The notes under the pieces: model-generated | The model's database searches: none | The model's input: the letters and a program-made list of their open reading frames with translations, nothing else | What the model was told of the DNA's origin: nothing | Origin: Azolla caroliniana | Lineage: Eukaryota; Plantae; Polypodiophyta | Assembly (NCBI GenBank): GCA_043228905.1 | Contig: JBHGNT010000012.1 | Coordinates: forward strand, 9,052,001 to 9,116,000 | Length of the DNA: 64,000 nucleotides | Reading direction: 5' to 3' | Made by a program: the position numbers and the translations under genes | Part shown: positions 23,627 to 37,379 of the stretch, piece after piece | How the letters are laid out: every line of letters starts with the position of its first letter | Numbering within the stretch: position 1 is the stretch's first letter

Positions 23627-25597
23627 ATGTGGGAAATTGTTCTGAAGAATTGGGTCTTGATTTAAGAGAACAGATGTAAGCGAATCCCCGAGCTTTTCAA
23701 CAGATGGCTCTGTGCTCTCTCTCTTCTTGTAACTGTTTCTTTCTTTAAAAAAAGAACGGTTTCTTTCAGATCTTCTCCTCCACAGATCGGTAAGAATTCG
23801 TGCCATTTCTTTTGTTTACTGTTTCCTTCTCCTTCTTCGTTGTGTGTTTGTTTGGCTGTATCTATGCCCATTGTGATGAATTCTGGTCACAAAATGGCAC
23901 TTTCAGTGCATTGGTTCTGGAAGGAAATTAGAACAGGTATCTTTCAACAGAAATGATTGATGTTACTGCTTCCTTAGTTTGTATTTCTTTTTCCGTGTTA
24001 GAATGATGGACTCTGCACACCAAATGGTTCCTGTAAGGCAAGAATGGTGGATTCTTAAGGTTCCTATCTTCTTCAAATCTGTTCGTTTGTATTTCTTTTT
24101 CCATGTCTGTATGCGTGATCAGTGTGAATTGTGAGAAATTCTGGTAACACAATTCCCCCTTTAGAGAATATCTTAGAAATCAGATGAATCGAACAGCTAA
24201 GTTAACAGAAAAATTGACGGAATATTGGTTTTTTTTCCTCTGCTTCAAACCTGTTTGTTGGAGATCTTGTTATCATCCCTTTCTGGTTTCCGCTTCCTTT
24301 TTATATCTTCCTCTGTTTGTATTATGAGATTGCTGAATTCTATTAGTCTTAGAAGCCCCGAAAGGTAGATGAACAGAACAGGTGTTTTGAGAAGAGAATT
24401 GATAACGTTCTCTGTGCCTCAATCTTGTTTGTTTGAGAGCTTGGAAGCATTCTTTCTGTTTGTTTTTCTTTGTTTTGTTTTCCGTTTCTCTCTGGCCGCA
24501 TGAATGATCAATATGCTGACATCTGGTCAAATAATGGTCCCTCTAGAGGGCATACAGAAAGAAGAGTTATGCCGTTAACAGAAATGATGGATATTTTAAG
24601 GTTTCTCTATCTTCTTGAACCTTGTTTGATTGAGATATTTTTGGCATCCAGGGGGGATGAAATTATGGTGTAATTTGAAATATTTGATTCTAATGTCATT
24701 CGTAACAAAATTTGACAGATAAACAGCTAGCTTGAAAAGCCTAGTCTAGAAAACAGATGAAAGAACAGGTCTATTATGAACAGAAATGAGGGAGCTTTAT
24801 GGTTTTTCTTTCTCTTCTTCAATCTTATTTCCTGGGAAACTTGGAAACGTCTACGGCAAGAAGAAATCATGGTGCCTGCAAAGCTTATTTTCTGAGTTTC
24901 TCTTTTCGTGATAAGATTTGGCAGATATGGTGAAAATTTTAAGATTTCTCTCTGCTTTGAAGATAGATGACTAGCTGTTTGTTTGAGATCATGGAAGCGT
25001 CTAAGGGGAGAAGAAATCACGGGTTTTGCAAGCTTATTTTCTGAGTTTGTCTTGTGATTTTGTGTTGAGATTTGATAGATATGCTGAGATTGTTTGAGAT
25101 TTCTCTCTGCTTCAATCTTGTTTATTTGAGAACTTGGAACATATAGGGGAAGAAAACACTATGGCAATTTGCAAGCTTCCTTATAAGTGTCATTTTTTGA
25201 TGAAATTTGACAGATAGACAACTAGCTGTTTGTTTGAGATCTTGGAAGCATCTAGGGGGAGAAGAAATCGTGGTGTTTGCAAGCTTACGCCTGAGATTCT
25301 CTTGCCATTTTGTTATGAAATTTGACAGATATGATGAAGTTTTACGATTTCTGTCTGCTCCGATCCGGACGTATCTAACGGAAGAAGAAACAACAGTGTT
25401 TGCAAGCTTTCCTTATAAGCTTCTGTTGTGGTTTTCTGATGAAATTTGATAAATAGGAAGGCAGTCATTTTTTAGAGAACTTGGAAGTATCTAAGGGGAA
25501 GAAGAAATCATGGCTGCCTTATAAAAGATTGTCTTGTTATTAGTGATGAAAATCAGCAGATAAGTGCCACTAGTTGTTTTGCACACCTTGTTGAAGC

Positions 25598-25634
<37 letters not shown>

Positions 25635-25646
25635 GCTTGAGAAGCC
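23290..25646 (+). promoter_or_regulatory. Probable 5' UTR and long leader intron of the trihelix gene
   Basis: CT-rich tracts (23320-23625), candidate donor CG|GTAAGA near 23790, T-rich intron-like sequence, (GT)n just before the ATG. Boundaries are inferred. Confidence 0.45.
24600..25565 (+). repeat. Degenerate tandem repeat, ~6-7 units of ~105-150 bp
   Basis: Recurrent ttggaagcatctagggg-agaagaaatcatgg...tttgcaagctt...aaatttgacagata blocks. Confidence 0.75.
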
Positions 25647-26361
25647 ATGCCTCAAAAGGATGATCTTGATGATGATGATGATGGATCTGAGTCATCCTCT
25701 ACAGAAGATGTAAGCGAGGAGTCACAAGACTCCTTAACAATGGAGGATGAGACTGCCCCTTCTGCAAACACTACAACTCTGTCTTCGTATACTGGCTCCG
25801 GTGAAGGTGAAGGAGCTATTGTGAAACCTCCTTATGTTACAGGAGCCCATGACAAAGATAACATGATGATGGGAGGAATGTTGTTGTCACAAGGTTTTAT
25901 TACTCCCAGTGAAGAGGAGAAGAAGAAAGAGCATAAGAAGAGATCGAAGAATTGGACTCGAGCAGAAACATTGAAGCTGATTAAGGCAAGAAGCGAGCTC
26001 GATGAAAGGTTTAGAAGAAGTGGTCGGAAAGTCCCACTTTGGGATGAAATCGCTCTTTCTTTGCAAAGAGCGAATTTCTCTCGTGATGGTCAACAATGCA
26101 AAGATAAGTGGGAGAAGCTCACTGCAGGTTATAAGGAGGTCCGGGATGGTTCAAGAGAGAAAGAAGATCATCCATTCTATGAAGAGCTCCATTCTTTGCT
26201 TTCATGGAAATCTTACAAAAGAGAGAATGAAGATGGGATTAATGTGAGAAGAGAAGATACCCCTGGTTCTAGTGATGGCAACAATGCAAAAAGGGTGAAA
26301 TTCGAGCTCGGAAATGATCATAATATCCATAGTCGGAGTCAAGTAGGGCCATCATTTGCAA

Positions 26362-26394
<33 letters not shown>

Positions 26395-27227
26395 GTAATA
26401 GTAATAGCCTAGGGGATATTCCCATGGATCCGAGAGATGTTCGGAAGCGAGAATATATATCTCCTCTGAAGTCGAAGAATTGTCATAGTAATAATAGTAG
26501 AGAAGGATCCTTTTCTTTGCTAGACCTTGAGGTCATACAAGAACTCCTTGACACTGTTATCACCAAGCAGCAAGTGTTTTTCAAAGAGCTATTGGATGCT
26601 GTTGACAGGAAAGAACAACTTATTGAACAAATGAGATATGAAAGAGAAGAGAAATGGAGAGCAGAGGAACGGGCGCAACGATATGCTTTCAACAATGCAA
26701 TGATTGTATTAACACAAAGGCTTTTAGGAGAGAAGCCTCCTATTGGAATGAATACAACTGTGATTTCTCCTACAAATACTACAGCAACCACAACATCCTC
26801 TCCTCCGACGATGGCGATGACAACAAATGGACTACTTTTGAACCCCAAGAAAAGGTCTAAAAACTGGAAAAAATCTGAGGTTTTTACGCTCATAAAGCTA
26901 CGGAGGGATATGGAAAGTCGTTTTTTGCAATCCACTAGGAGAGCAGGGCTTTGGGAAGAGATGGGAGAAAAACTGGCATCAATGGGCATTCAACGGGATG
27001 GTAAACAATGCCGAGAGAAATGGGATAAGCTAATGGCTGAATACAAGGATGTGATTGATGGACGGAAAGATAGGGAAGAGAGTCCCTACTTTAAGGAGCT
27101 CTCGACATTCATGAAGAAAGTTAAGGAGACGGAAGAAGCTAACTCTTCTTTGGATGTGATGACTGTTCATAACAAGAAAGAGCCTGAGGAGGTGGTGGCT
27201 ATAGAGACAAGCTACCCCATTTCATGA
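25647..27227 (+). CDS. Trihelix transcription factor, GT-2-like (two Myb/SANT-like trihelix domains, central coiled coil), intronless, 526 aa
   Basis: Two repeats of KKRSKNW..E...LI..R...F.......LW.E......RDG.QC.EKW.KL...YK.V.DG....E..P.(F/Y)..EL; central EQMRYEREEKWRAEE helix; poly-N linker; open frame. Confidence 0.93.
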
Positions 27228-29261
27228 GAAACAGAGAAGGAAATTCCCATTTTGTCTACACTACAATATTGTGGTCTCTTTTTCCTTTCTAGTTCCAATT
27301 CAAGAAAAAGATCACATTGACAATAATAAAAAGACCATGAGAATCAATATTCTGAAATAACAGCCATATTATATACAAGATGCACAAGACACTTTTATCT
27401 CATAGTGTATTCTTTTCTGGACAGGCTGATTGTGAGATTCAGAATCAGGTTTAGGTTTAGATATAGGTATAGATTTTGGATTCTAGATGCTTTTCTTTTT
27501 ATTGTACAACTACAGAATTTGATACATTCCGGAACAGATAAACATGGGATATGTTATAATTTGCTTATAATTGTCCACTCTTTCCACATAGAGAATGCAT
27601 TGTTGTGGACAAGAAGAGATAAGTTCTATTTGCATTAGTGGACAAGGGATCAAAAACTTTACCTTAATGCTAAAAACACTTCAGATTAAAATGTGTTCCT
27701 TTGCTTCTGTATACAGAAATGCTATTAACGTCAGTCTTAGATCAAATATTTGGATCCACACCCCACTATAATTTAGTCTGTCTTATCTCTTGTTGCCAAA
27801 ATTGTAAAGACTTGGAAACGAATTCTAATTCTCGTATTTCTTTAGGCAAAGGGTGAAGAAGTTTCCTATATAAAGATATATGGTGTCTGAAGAGGCTTAA
27901 ATGTTAAATAGTATATGCCTCATCATACAACTTGTGGAATACCTTACTTTCACTGTGGTGTATTTTTATCGACGCTGAAATCGGCAATGTAATGTCAACT
28001 ACATGCAAATCAACAGATGTATTGGATATTAATGCTTACAGTATTATTAACGTAAATTGTATTCAAATTAATCAAAATCTGATGACATTGTGTGATATTT
28101 TAGCACTTCTCCAAATGATCAATACTTGATCATAAACTTGCAAATTAGTAGTCGACTGTACTGTCTGTGAAATGGTAATGCTTGACAAGACCTCCACACT
28201 TACTTATCCTTAATTCCTTACTAGTAACTTAATCTGTTGACTGATTTTTATACTAGACAATTTTGTCATGCATTCATCCCAGAAAATTTTGTTACTACCA
28301 ACACACTATCAATTGCTTAACATTGTAATATGGATAACAATGCTACCATCATCAGTTGCTTAATCTGGTACCACAATATTGATTGTTTGTGGTTGACATT
28401 TTGGCAACAGAGATCTATAATATGACAAGAAATGCCAAAGATCACCTTTTTAGCCTTGCTATTGACGATCACACACCCATGAAACGAAGCTAAAATGGTA
28501 AAGACACCAACTAACAAACGTGATCGAGCATCCTAGGCATGAAAGCACTACTAAAGTCATAGGTGTTGCAAATTTGTTAGCCCTTGAGGATTGATGGAAC
28601 TGTTTCCTTGTGATCCTAATGTTTTCAAAATAATGCTCTTTTCAGTTATTGGTTTATAAAAAAAGCTCTTCCCAAAAAACGATTGGCAAATGTGTAATTT
28701 AAGCGATTACTCAATGTCGAGGTGCCAACCAACAAATACAGTGACTGAATAACAACAATTTGTGGATGATTATTGTAGCTCTAGAATATAATAGTAGCTA
28801 GTTCACGATCTGGCCACTAATCAACATCACATTATTAAATTAGCACAGAACGTAAGGCACTTGATTCTTCTGCATTTTCAAATCAATATCAGCAAAACAT
28901 ACAGATAAAGACTGTTTATATGAGAATATCTCTAATCAGAATCAACCTGTATGCAGTTTATCTGATGTATTACATCTTGCGTACTGATTATTATTGTTAT
29001 TGCAAAATCCTAAGAGGAAAATTATTGTGTATATATGTAGTGTACTTCAGTTTTGGTAGTATATACTATTGTAGTATGAGCCTTCAATGCTATCTCACCC
29101 CCCAATATTTTTAATATTAGGGTTTTTAGATCAAATTAGCCTACACAAAGTTCAGTTTTTTTCCTACATACAAGATGAATCGAGGGGGTGCCAGATGAAC
29201 TAACATTGTGAAGGTCATGTAATTAGGTAAGACATTTTACCACGTTCATCAAGGTTTTGAA

Positions 29262-29456
29262 TCAAGCATCATCAAGGGCAGCCACACCAGGTAAAACCTT
29301 CCCTTCTAATAGCTCCAAACTTGCTCCACCACCAGTGGATATGTGGCTTACCTTATCAGCCACACCTACTTTCTCTACTGCAGCAACAGAGTCTCCTCCT
29401 CCAACTATTGTAGTAACGCCTTTCCCAGTTAATTCAGCTAGTTTCCTCGCAATAGC
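29262..29456 (-). CDS. PGK: PGK exon 6
   Basis: CAG|AIARKLAEL...GGGDS...PGVAALDDA*. Confidence 0.95.
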   Translation of the reverse strand, partial: AIARKLAELTGKGVTTIVGGGDSVAAVEKVGVADKVSHISTGGGASLELLEGKVLPGVAALDDA

Positions 29457-32400
29457 CTGAAAAAAAGGAACATATGTTGATGCCTCTACATGACCATTAT
29501 TATGGCCTCCAATGAGACCTGAGACCTAGCACAGATTCTCGCCGTTGTACATTTAACTTGACAAGATAATAAAAAACTACTCTTACTTACCAAAACCATA
29601 CAGCTTTGAACATATTTTGTAATCATGGGTAACTGACGCCAATCAAAAGTGCAATTTTTATCTCAACTGAAACTTCGAAATCTCAAAACAATTCAAAATC
29701 AATGGGCTGATGGTAATGTTACGGGCATGACCATAATTTATCCCGTGAAAGTTTGAACCGTAGTATCCTACACATGAGGATACGAGTGTGAGGGTTAATC
29801 ACGAGTGTAAAGGGGGAGGATTACTTTTAATCCTAGGAATTAAGCCAACCCATAAGGGTCAAGCGTGAACTTGCCTTGGGGCTTTAAGTCTGGCTATAAA
29901 TATGAGGCCTAGCTACCCTCATTAGTCACCTTATTCGACTACGTCACGACCATGATCTTGTGGTGAATAGACTCTTGTAGCAAGCACGCCAATACTAGGT
30001 ACAACTCAATGCTATGGCGGTGATATGGGACGCCGATCAAGGCTCGAGTCCGTCTCGATCCCTTTGCTCAAGGGGGGGTCGGGTGATCAACCCCAAAATA
30101 TTTACTTGGTACGAAGATGGCCCACTATAAGACACTTCTTACACACATTGGAGGATGGATTCATCATTAGGCTACCTTATATGGACATACATCTATTCTA
30201 TGCACTGTGCAGTGTGATAGGGCAGCTGCGAACTTCATCACATCAATTACAGATTTGAGGTAGGCAGATATACACGAATACCTCTAGGAGAAAGAATTTG
30301 CCAATTGTGTCATCAAGGAGTGGAATCCGAAGATTTGAGGTAGGCAGATATACACGAATACCTCTAGGAGAAAGAATTTGCCAATTGTGTCATCAAGGAG
30401 TGGAATCCGAAGGACACTATGTTTGCCACTATAGTGTCTTTATAGGGAGATACCATTGCCTCATTAAACAATGCTTTGGCCCGCTATGCAAGGTAATAGA
30501 ATATGAGGACCAACGGTGCCTAGGACTTTTCTTGTTAGAGCTCAAGAGACATCGGGAAAAGTTGTTGAAGAATACAGCCGCCACACAAGCTTCCACAAAG
30601 AACAATCACAACTTTCTTTAGTCTCATCACTCCTACTAATGCTACAAGTCAATCAAGGGATACACAAATGGGCTCTCGGCCAGGACATAACAAAGGGGTT
30701 ATAATTGATCGGGCAATAGCAATTTGTCGTGCACGTAGGCCCAGCCCCAGGACCACGACCTCAACACCCTTGTCATCGACAAATAAAGGCCGTTATCACA
30801 AGTGTTTCCCTCACTTCGGAGACCTTTCCATTCTGGATCGACCCATGCTAGAGATCTTTCGAAGACAAAAGCTACAATATATCTAACTTGAGAATCTCAC
30901 ATGTGCCGAAAACCAGATTCCCTCGTCTCTTTTTATCTTATTTACTTTTATATTTATGGAGTAATATTTATTTTATTTTGATTTGGTGCTCTCAAAGACG
31001 AGACAATACTTAAGATGTAATCTCTTGTTTGGTCTTATAGGCCATTTTGGCCTCTTAAAAGACGTTAATATATCTTTCTTCTTTCTTTCTTTCTTATGTA
31101 TCTACCATTTATTTCCTTATTTCATGCTTACATTAGAAATAATCTCTCACAGGTAAGGCCATAGATTGAGAGTTCAAATCCCAGTCATGTACGAGGGAGG
31201 GATAAGTCCTGATCATGGAATTAATCACTTATGGAGCGCATTCTAATGATATCTACTAAAATAATGTTATCCATATACTTGTCTGAAGTCCCTACATTTA
31301 GTTGCCACAAAAGATAAGCAACCCCTCCCTTCCCCTCTGAGCATGAAGAGAATAACCAAAAGCAACTTTCATACCCAAAACAAGAAAGCATGGAAACCAA
31401 CACAAACCTCAGTGCCTGAAGCGAACTTATCAAACTCAAAAACTCCCATTGGACCATTCCAGATCACAGTTTTTGTGGTATCCAATACATCACTGAAGGC
31501 CTTGATCGAGTCAGGGCCAATGTCCAAACCCATCCATCCATCAGGAATTGCCGAGGCAGGAACAATCTATGAGAAAGAAACAACTTGAAAATTTCATGAA
31601 ATCTTGCAAATCATTCTAACTCCAAGAGAGATTATTCATACTCGAACAGAAAGTAATATACAGCAACCCAAGGATCATACCTTGCTCTCAGCATCAGGTG
31701 CAAACTTGTCTGCTATAACCACATCAGTTGGCAATAGAAGCGAGATGCCTTTGGCCTTGGCTTTCTTAATCAGGCTTGTTGCGAGTTCCAACTTGTCTTC
31801 TTCCACCAAGGAAGAACCCACCGACAAACCTTGAGCTTTATAGAAAGTAAAGATCATTCCACCACCAAGTAAAAGAATATCACATTTCTCCAGCAGAGAT
31901 TCAATGACTCCTATTTTCGAAGATACTTTAGACCCTCCTATTATGGCTGCGAACGGCCGAGTGGGAGTGGAGACAGCACCAACCAAATAGTCTAGTTCCT
32001 GTGTTAATTGCAATTAGTTACTAAACAATCTAATAATCCAAATATTTAGCTCCTATGGTATCACCACGACAAGTTACATGACTAAGAGAAAGAGAAAACT
32101 TTGGAATGGAAAATACCAACAGAAAGATCTGAGAGCAATGACATGTAGCTCCTTGTTATAAGCTCAAAAAGTAATAGTTATACGGAGAACCTCTCGAAAT
32201 GCTCCTGAGTTTTTCTATTATTTCCACAGAAGGCCCTTAAGCCTCTGTCATTTCCTTGGTTAAACCAATTATATTTGCGGCACAAAGCTATTTAAGCGAT
32301 TATATGGTCAATCCATCCTCTTTTTCTCTCTTTCAGGCACTTATGTGTGGACTCAAAACAATTATATGGTCAATTCATCCCCTATTTTTCTCTATTCGGC

Positions 32401-34484
32401 ATGTTGTCAAAGGGTGTCTGATGAAATAATGAAAATTAGGGGATTTTGAGAAACTAATGAAAAACCCAGGAACCTGGGAAAATGGAGATATGTAGCTTTT
32501 GGGAAAAAGAAAGGAAAACCTATGCGTATCTAGGGAATTATATAACTAGGAAAAAGTTGCACAATTTGTGGAAACAGCAAGAATGTGAAGGTAACAGCAA
32601 CAGTTAGATTACCTTCTGAAGGAGAAAGCCAGCCACAGATGGACTAAGGTACTTTGTTACACCTTCTGTTGAAGCATGTGCTCTATGGGCAGTACCAAAT
32701 GCATCATTCACATAAAGATCAGCAACCGATGCCAACTTCTTTGCATGTTCAGGATCATTTTTCTCTTCTTCTTTGTAGAACCTCACATTTTCCAGAAGCA
32801 AAACATCACCATCTTTAAGAAGAGCTACCTTCTTCTCTACTTCCTCTCCAATTGAATCATCTGCTTTCTCAACCTATTTAGATTAACAAGGATTGTTCAG
32901 ATTCCAAAGACAAGACATTTCAATCTCTACACCAGTGATAGATTGGATGTATTGTATATATATATATATATATATATAAACATACCTTAACTCCCAGAAG
33001 CTCGGAAAGTCTAGGAACAAGTGGAGTCAATCGGTATTTCTCAGTCACGCCCTTTGGTCGTCCCTGCTCAATTTGTAAAAGGAAGAAGTTATCATTTTCT
33101 AATACTTGATACAACACTTTCAGATATGATGTATGACTTCTTGCTTTGTATGTCAATCTCAAAAGGTGCAAATCTCGATGCTTCCATGACAGAACGAGAA
33201 AAGAAAAGTAGATTATAATACTGATCTGATGCTTACAATACTAATCTCATGCAATGCGTGTCATCGAACGCAAGGAATTAAAAGTACGTTTGTTTTATCA
33301 CATATCAAAGAACTCAAATATTTTTCCGATACGTTTTGCCAGAGTCTCATGGCTTTGTGAGTTATCGAACAAGGAATTAGATTGTTCTCTGTCGCACAAG
33401 TATATTAAGAGCTTCTATGCTTAGAAATGCAGACAGAATGAGTCGAAATCCAAAGGCAGGTATTACCATTCTAATACGATGCTTGTAATACAAATCTGAT
33501 GTATAATATCAAAAAAATTCTGGCTCTGTGTTATTGCACGAGTAATCAAAGTGTATAGCCTCACACTAGTCAAGGACTTGGATGCATGTTTTAAATCTTT
33601 TTAATTCAACAAAAAGAACATCACGTTATTTTTGAAAAATCACTAAATATTCTGAAACAAGCCAAAAAAGTAAGAATAAAATATTCTAGCAGAGATGCAG
33701 GAAACAACAAATTCCAATTTATTTTTGAACTACAGACAGCAGATTACAGCATCAACGCTATTCCTCTTCAAACAAAGGCCACAAATTAGAGAAGAAAAAA
33801 GTGTTGAAGCCTTTTAAATACATTCCTTCCGAGGCAAGGCAAGGCAAGGCAAGGTACTAGCAATACTAATATTAATACTAACATTAGTCATTCTGAAACA
33901 AGCAGACAATGATTAATAATGAGAGAATAGTTTTACAGAAATCTTTTGGAATCCAAAGAACGACGAATAATGAAAAGGAAGGAGAGAGAGAGAGAGAGAG
34001 AGATGGGAGCCCTTACAAGGTGACTAGTGAGAATGACCTTAGCAGCATGATGGATGAGATAGGTAATGGTGGGGACGGCAGCTCTGATCCTTGTGTCGTC
34101 AGTGATATGGAACTTGTCATCAAGCGGGACATTGAGATCCACCCTCACAAGAACCTTCTTCCCTCGCAGATCTTCTTCTGTGAGGTCTCCAACGCTTCTT
34201 TTCGCCATAGACATGATGAGCGAAGAAGAGCTACGGCGAGCTGGAGCTGGGTGTCCAATAGGAGGAGGGTTGATGGATCGAGAGATGGAGATGGAGATGG
34301 AAGGGAAGAGTTGGAAATGCGAAGAAGAAGACGAATAAGGAGAGGCCTGCTGGATTCTACTAGTGTTGAAGAAGAAGGAGGAGGACGTGAGGCGAGAGAA
34401 GGATGAAGGCTCTTTCATCTTCATCCCCATCCTCATCGTCATCGTAGAAGCAGAAGCAGAAGAAGAAGAAGGAATCGCCGCCAT
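29262..34484 (-). CDS. PGK: Phosphoglycerate kinase, plastid-targeted, 6 exons, 492 aa
   Basis: Exons 34484-34017, 33063-32986, 32873-32613, 31998-31681, 31566-31408, 29456-29262; all GT-AG, all phase 0. Motifs [66 protein letters not shown]; Ser-rich transit peptide. Confidence 0.97.
29717..31151 (+). mobile_element. Solo LTR (same family as the array LTR) in PGK intron 5, with nested LINE fragment
   Basis: TGTTAC...CTCACA; TSD GGTAA at 29712-29716 and 31152-31156; colinear with 6077-6531. Confidence 0.92.
30095..31095 (+). mobile_element. 3' fragment of an RTE/L2-like LINE nested in the solo LTR; internal 80-bp tandem duplication (30251-30410)
   Basis: [28 protein letters not shown]...ESEGHYVC motif; terminal aggcca-ttt-tggcct hairpin; (TCTT)n tail. 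Confidence 0.75.
31408..31566 (-). CDS. PGK: PGK exon 5
   Basis: TAG|[18 protein letters not shown]...FASGTE|GT. Confidence 0.95.
31681..31998 (-). CDS. PGK: PGK exon 4
   Basis: CAG|ELDYLVGAV...APDAESK|GTATG. Confidence 0.95.
32613..32873 (-). CDS. PGK: PGK exon 3
   Basis: TAG|VEKADD...LLENVRF...AGFLLQK|GT. Confidence 0.95.
32986..33063 (-). CDS. PGK: PGK exon 2
   Basis: CAG|[26 protein letters not shown]|GTATG. Confidence 0.95.
34017..34484 (-). CDS. PGK: PGK exon 1 (transit peptide + N-terminus)
   Basis: MAAIPSS...MAKRSVGDL...VRVDLNVP...ILTSHL|GTAAGG. Confidence 0.93.
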
Positions 34485-34617
34485 AGCGAAGAAGGTTGGT
34501 TGGTTGGGGTCAGCAGCAGGAATGGCAGAACGTTACAGAGGAGACAAGACAAGACAAGACAGACAAACTACAGAGACTGAAGAAGAAGAAGAAGAAGAAG
34601 AAGAAACAGAGAGCTTT

Positions 34618-35215
34618 TAATGTATTTATTTATTTTTGTATTTTTGTATTTATTTATTTGTGTATTTGTGTATTTATTTGTGTATTTGTGTATGTATTTG
34701 TGTATTTGTGTATTTGTGTATTTATTTATTTATTTGTGTATCTGTGTATTCTTGTATTTATTTATTTGTTTGTTTGTTTGTTTGTTTATTTTTGTATTTT
34801 TGTATTTATTTATTTGTGTATTTGTGTATGTATTTGTATATGTATTTGTGTATTTGTGTATTTATTTATTTATTTATTTATTTGTGTATCTGTGTATTCT
34901 TGTATTTATTTATTTATTTGTTTGTTTGTTTATTTATTATTTGTTTGTTTGTTTGTTTGTTCATTTATTTATTTGTGTAATCTTGTATTTATTTATTTAT
35001 TTGTGTATTTGTGTAATCTTGTATTTATTTATTTATTTTGTGCATTTATTTATTTATTTATTTGTGTATTTGTGTAATCTTGTATTTATTTATTTATTTT
35101 GTGCATTTATTTATTTATTTATTTATTTATTTGTGTATTTGTGTAATCTTGTCTTTATTTATTTATTTGTGTATTTATTTATTTATTTATTTGTGTATTT
35201 TTGCATTTATTTAAA
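34618..35215. repeat. Compound low-complexity repeat (TATT/TGTATT/TGTT)n upstream of PGK
   Basis: About 600 bp made almost solely of these motifs. Confidence 0.95.
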
Positions 35216-35899
35216 AATTTACTTTAAAAAATAAATGAAAAAATAAAAACCCCTCTAGAGATAGATTACAGCCCCTCAAAAGTCTTCTTTTGTGTGCGTG
35301 TGTGTGTGTGTTTTGGGGTGGGGGTTCACAACAAGAAGCACAACAAGAAGGCATTTGCCAAGTTCCACATTATATGTATGCTTTCTTTCTAAGCTTTTCG
35401 CACCATCACTCGTATATATTGGCGACAAATTTTAATATGTTGTATGGTAGAAGTAGAGATGTGTGAAAGTCGAGGCTTGAACCCAAGGTCTGTTAATGCA
35501 TCACAATCTACTTCATGGCTCTCTCTAATGGATTCTCTCGACCAATTTATTTGGGGGTGTAATTGGCTTTCAAAGGTTTTGAGATTGGGTGTATGGAAAT
35601 GCTTGCATCAAGATAAGCTTGGGCTTATTACCTTTTGATCTATGCAATATAAGCACACTTGGAAAAGCTCTGATGATCAGCCCACCGAATTTGCATCTAT
35701 CTTCAAACCAATATGTTATAGACATAAATTTATTTATAGTAGGTGGGATGGAATGTGTGTGATAGATACATGATCAGCCATTTTGGGCTGAGTGGTTGCA
35801 TATGGCAACATTTGGGCAAGGTGTGGTGTCATATGAACATTTTCCCACATGTATTGACTAAGATTATTTCGAAGGAGTTTGATTCTAATTTTCAAGAAG

Positions 35900-37379
35900 A
35901 GGTAAGGAAGGTTTTGTAACACCTTCTAAACGTCGAAAAAATCTTAGTTGGGACGGGATAACAAATGAGCTTTTTAAGAAATATGCATGCATTCTTAAAG
36001 AAGACATTCACCCATGTGTTTAAGCAATGATAAGATTATTGTTTAATTCCATTGGTTAATTTAGTTCCGAAGGTAGCATCTCTTGCATCATTCCATCAAT
36101 GGAGAGTAATTTCCTTTATCGTGGGATATATAGAAGGTGTTTGCAATGACGTACGTCATCAAACTAATTTTGCAAGTCTTTACCACAGTTTATTAATTTA
36201 ACTCAATATGGTTTTATTGCAAGTAGAAGTATATTGCATAATGTGTTGAATGTTCAAATGACAACAAATTATGTCAAGCATGTAAATTCATAATTGATTA
36301 TGATGTACTTAGATACAATCATGCAATTATCTCGTCTTGATGTAGAGCGTGAGTCTTGGGCCTTGCATATGTCAATTTATATTTTTAATTGAGTGAAATG
36401 CAACACCTCGTGTAATGCTTGATGGTAGAGTCAGTGCTACAATAATTTCCACTCAATCCTTTACTCTTTGTTATTGCTACATATCCTTTGCTATTAATGT
36501 TATCAAATTTTGTAATTGGTGGTGATATTGTGAGGTTATATCTTCCATTTGAAGGACATAATTAATAGTACAAGCTTTGGTCAATGATTCCATCGTGGTT
36601 TACATGCCTTTGAAAGCTAAATTTGGGCTCAAATTTCCTTGGCTTCAGGGTTGCATATTATTTGGAGAAACTCTCTCTCAATCTTTTGTACTGAGTCCAC
36701 TTTAGAAAGTTTCGGATGCTAGGAACCAATTTGTAACTTAGATACGATCATTTGACATTTACAGTATTCATTGGGCTTTCATGCAACAAATGCTCAAGTA
36801 ATTGACTAGATTCACAAGTTGAAGAGCAAGTTTATGTGGTGTCACAATTGTGACCATTCCATGTGCAACTTTAAAGTGGTGTAATCTATTTTAGACCCAT
36901 GCTTTATATTCTTACCATCGCTTCCTCGGACTATGAAGGTATTACAAGAAATATTGCAACATCAAAAGTTGATGTTGTGGATGAAGAAGGAAATCTTAGG
37001 CATGACATGGATTTCATGATCATTTGGCTACTCTCAAGCAACTAGGTGGTTTTGCAATATTGAATTTGAATATGCATTTGATGGCTCATAAATTCTTGTT
37101 ATTGCGAGATATATATTGACAAGATCAATCATGAGTATAAATGATTTAGCATTTATTGACAAAGAAGGAAATGTGCATGGGAGAAGCAAGATAATGGCAT
37201 CGTGGTGGTGATTGTTTAATGAAACAAAAGAAACTACTTTCTTCTCAATGGTTTACATTAGTTTGGAAAGGAAAATTGAGATCTAAATTCAATCGATTGA
37301 TTCAATTAGGGGTTGTCAAAAGTGAATGATATAGTTGATACTGGAATTCAAAGGCTATTGGATATTGATGATGCTAAAA
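35900..37379 (+). pseudogene. Highly decayed L1-type LINE RT (probably resumes ~39740-40450 after the Copia insertion)
   Basis: DGITNELFKKY, WRVISF (WRPISL-like) and QYGFIASRSILHNV remnants in L1 RT order. Confidence 0.6.

Noticed and set aside
22884-23871. Poly-His/Ser-Leu/Glu-Arg ORFs
   Set aside because: Derived from (CAT)n and (CT)n microsatellites.
29257-34406. Plus-strand ORFs overlapping PGK exons (and minus-strand ORFs over the trihelix CDS)
   Set aside because: Antisense shadow frames of real genes.
34496-35234. Hydrophobic ORFs resembling membrane proteins
   Set aside because: Translation artefacts of TATT/TGTATT repeats.
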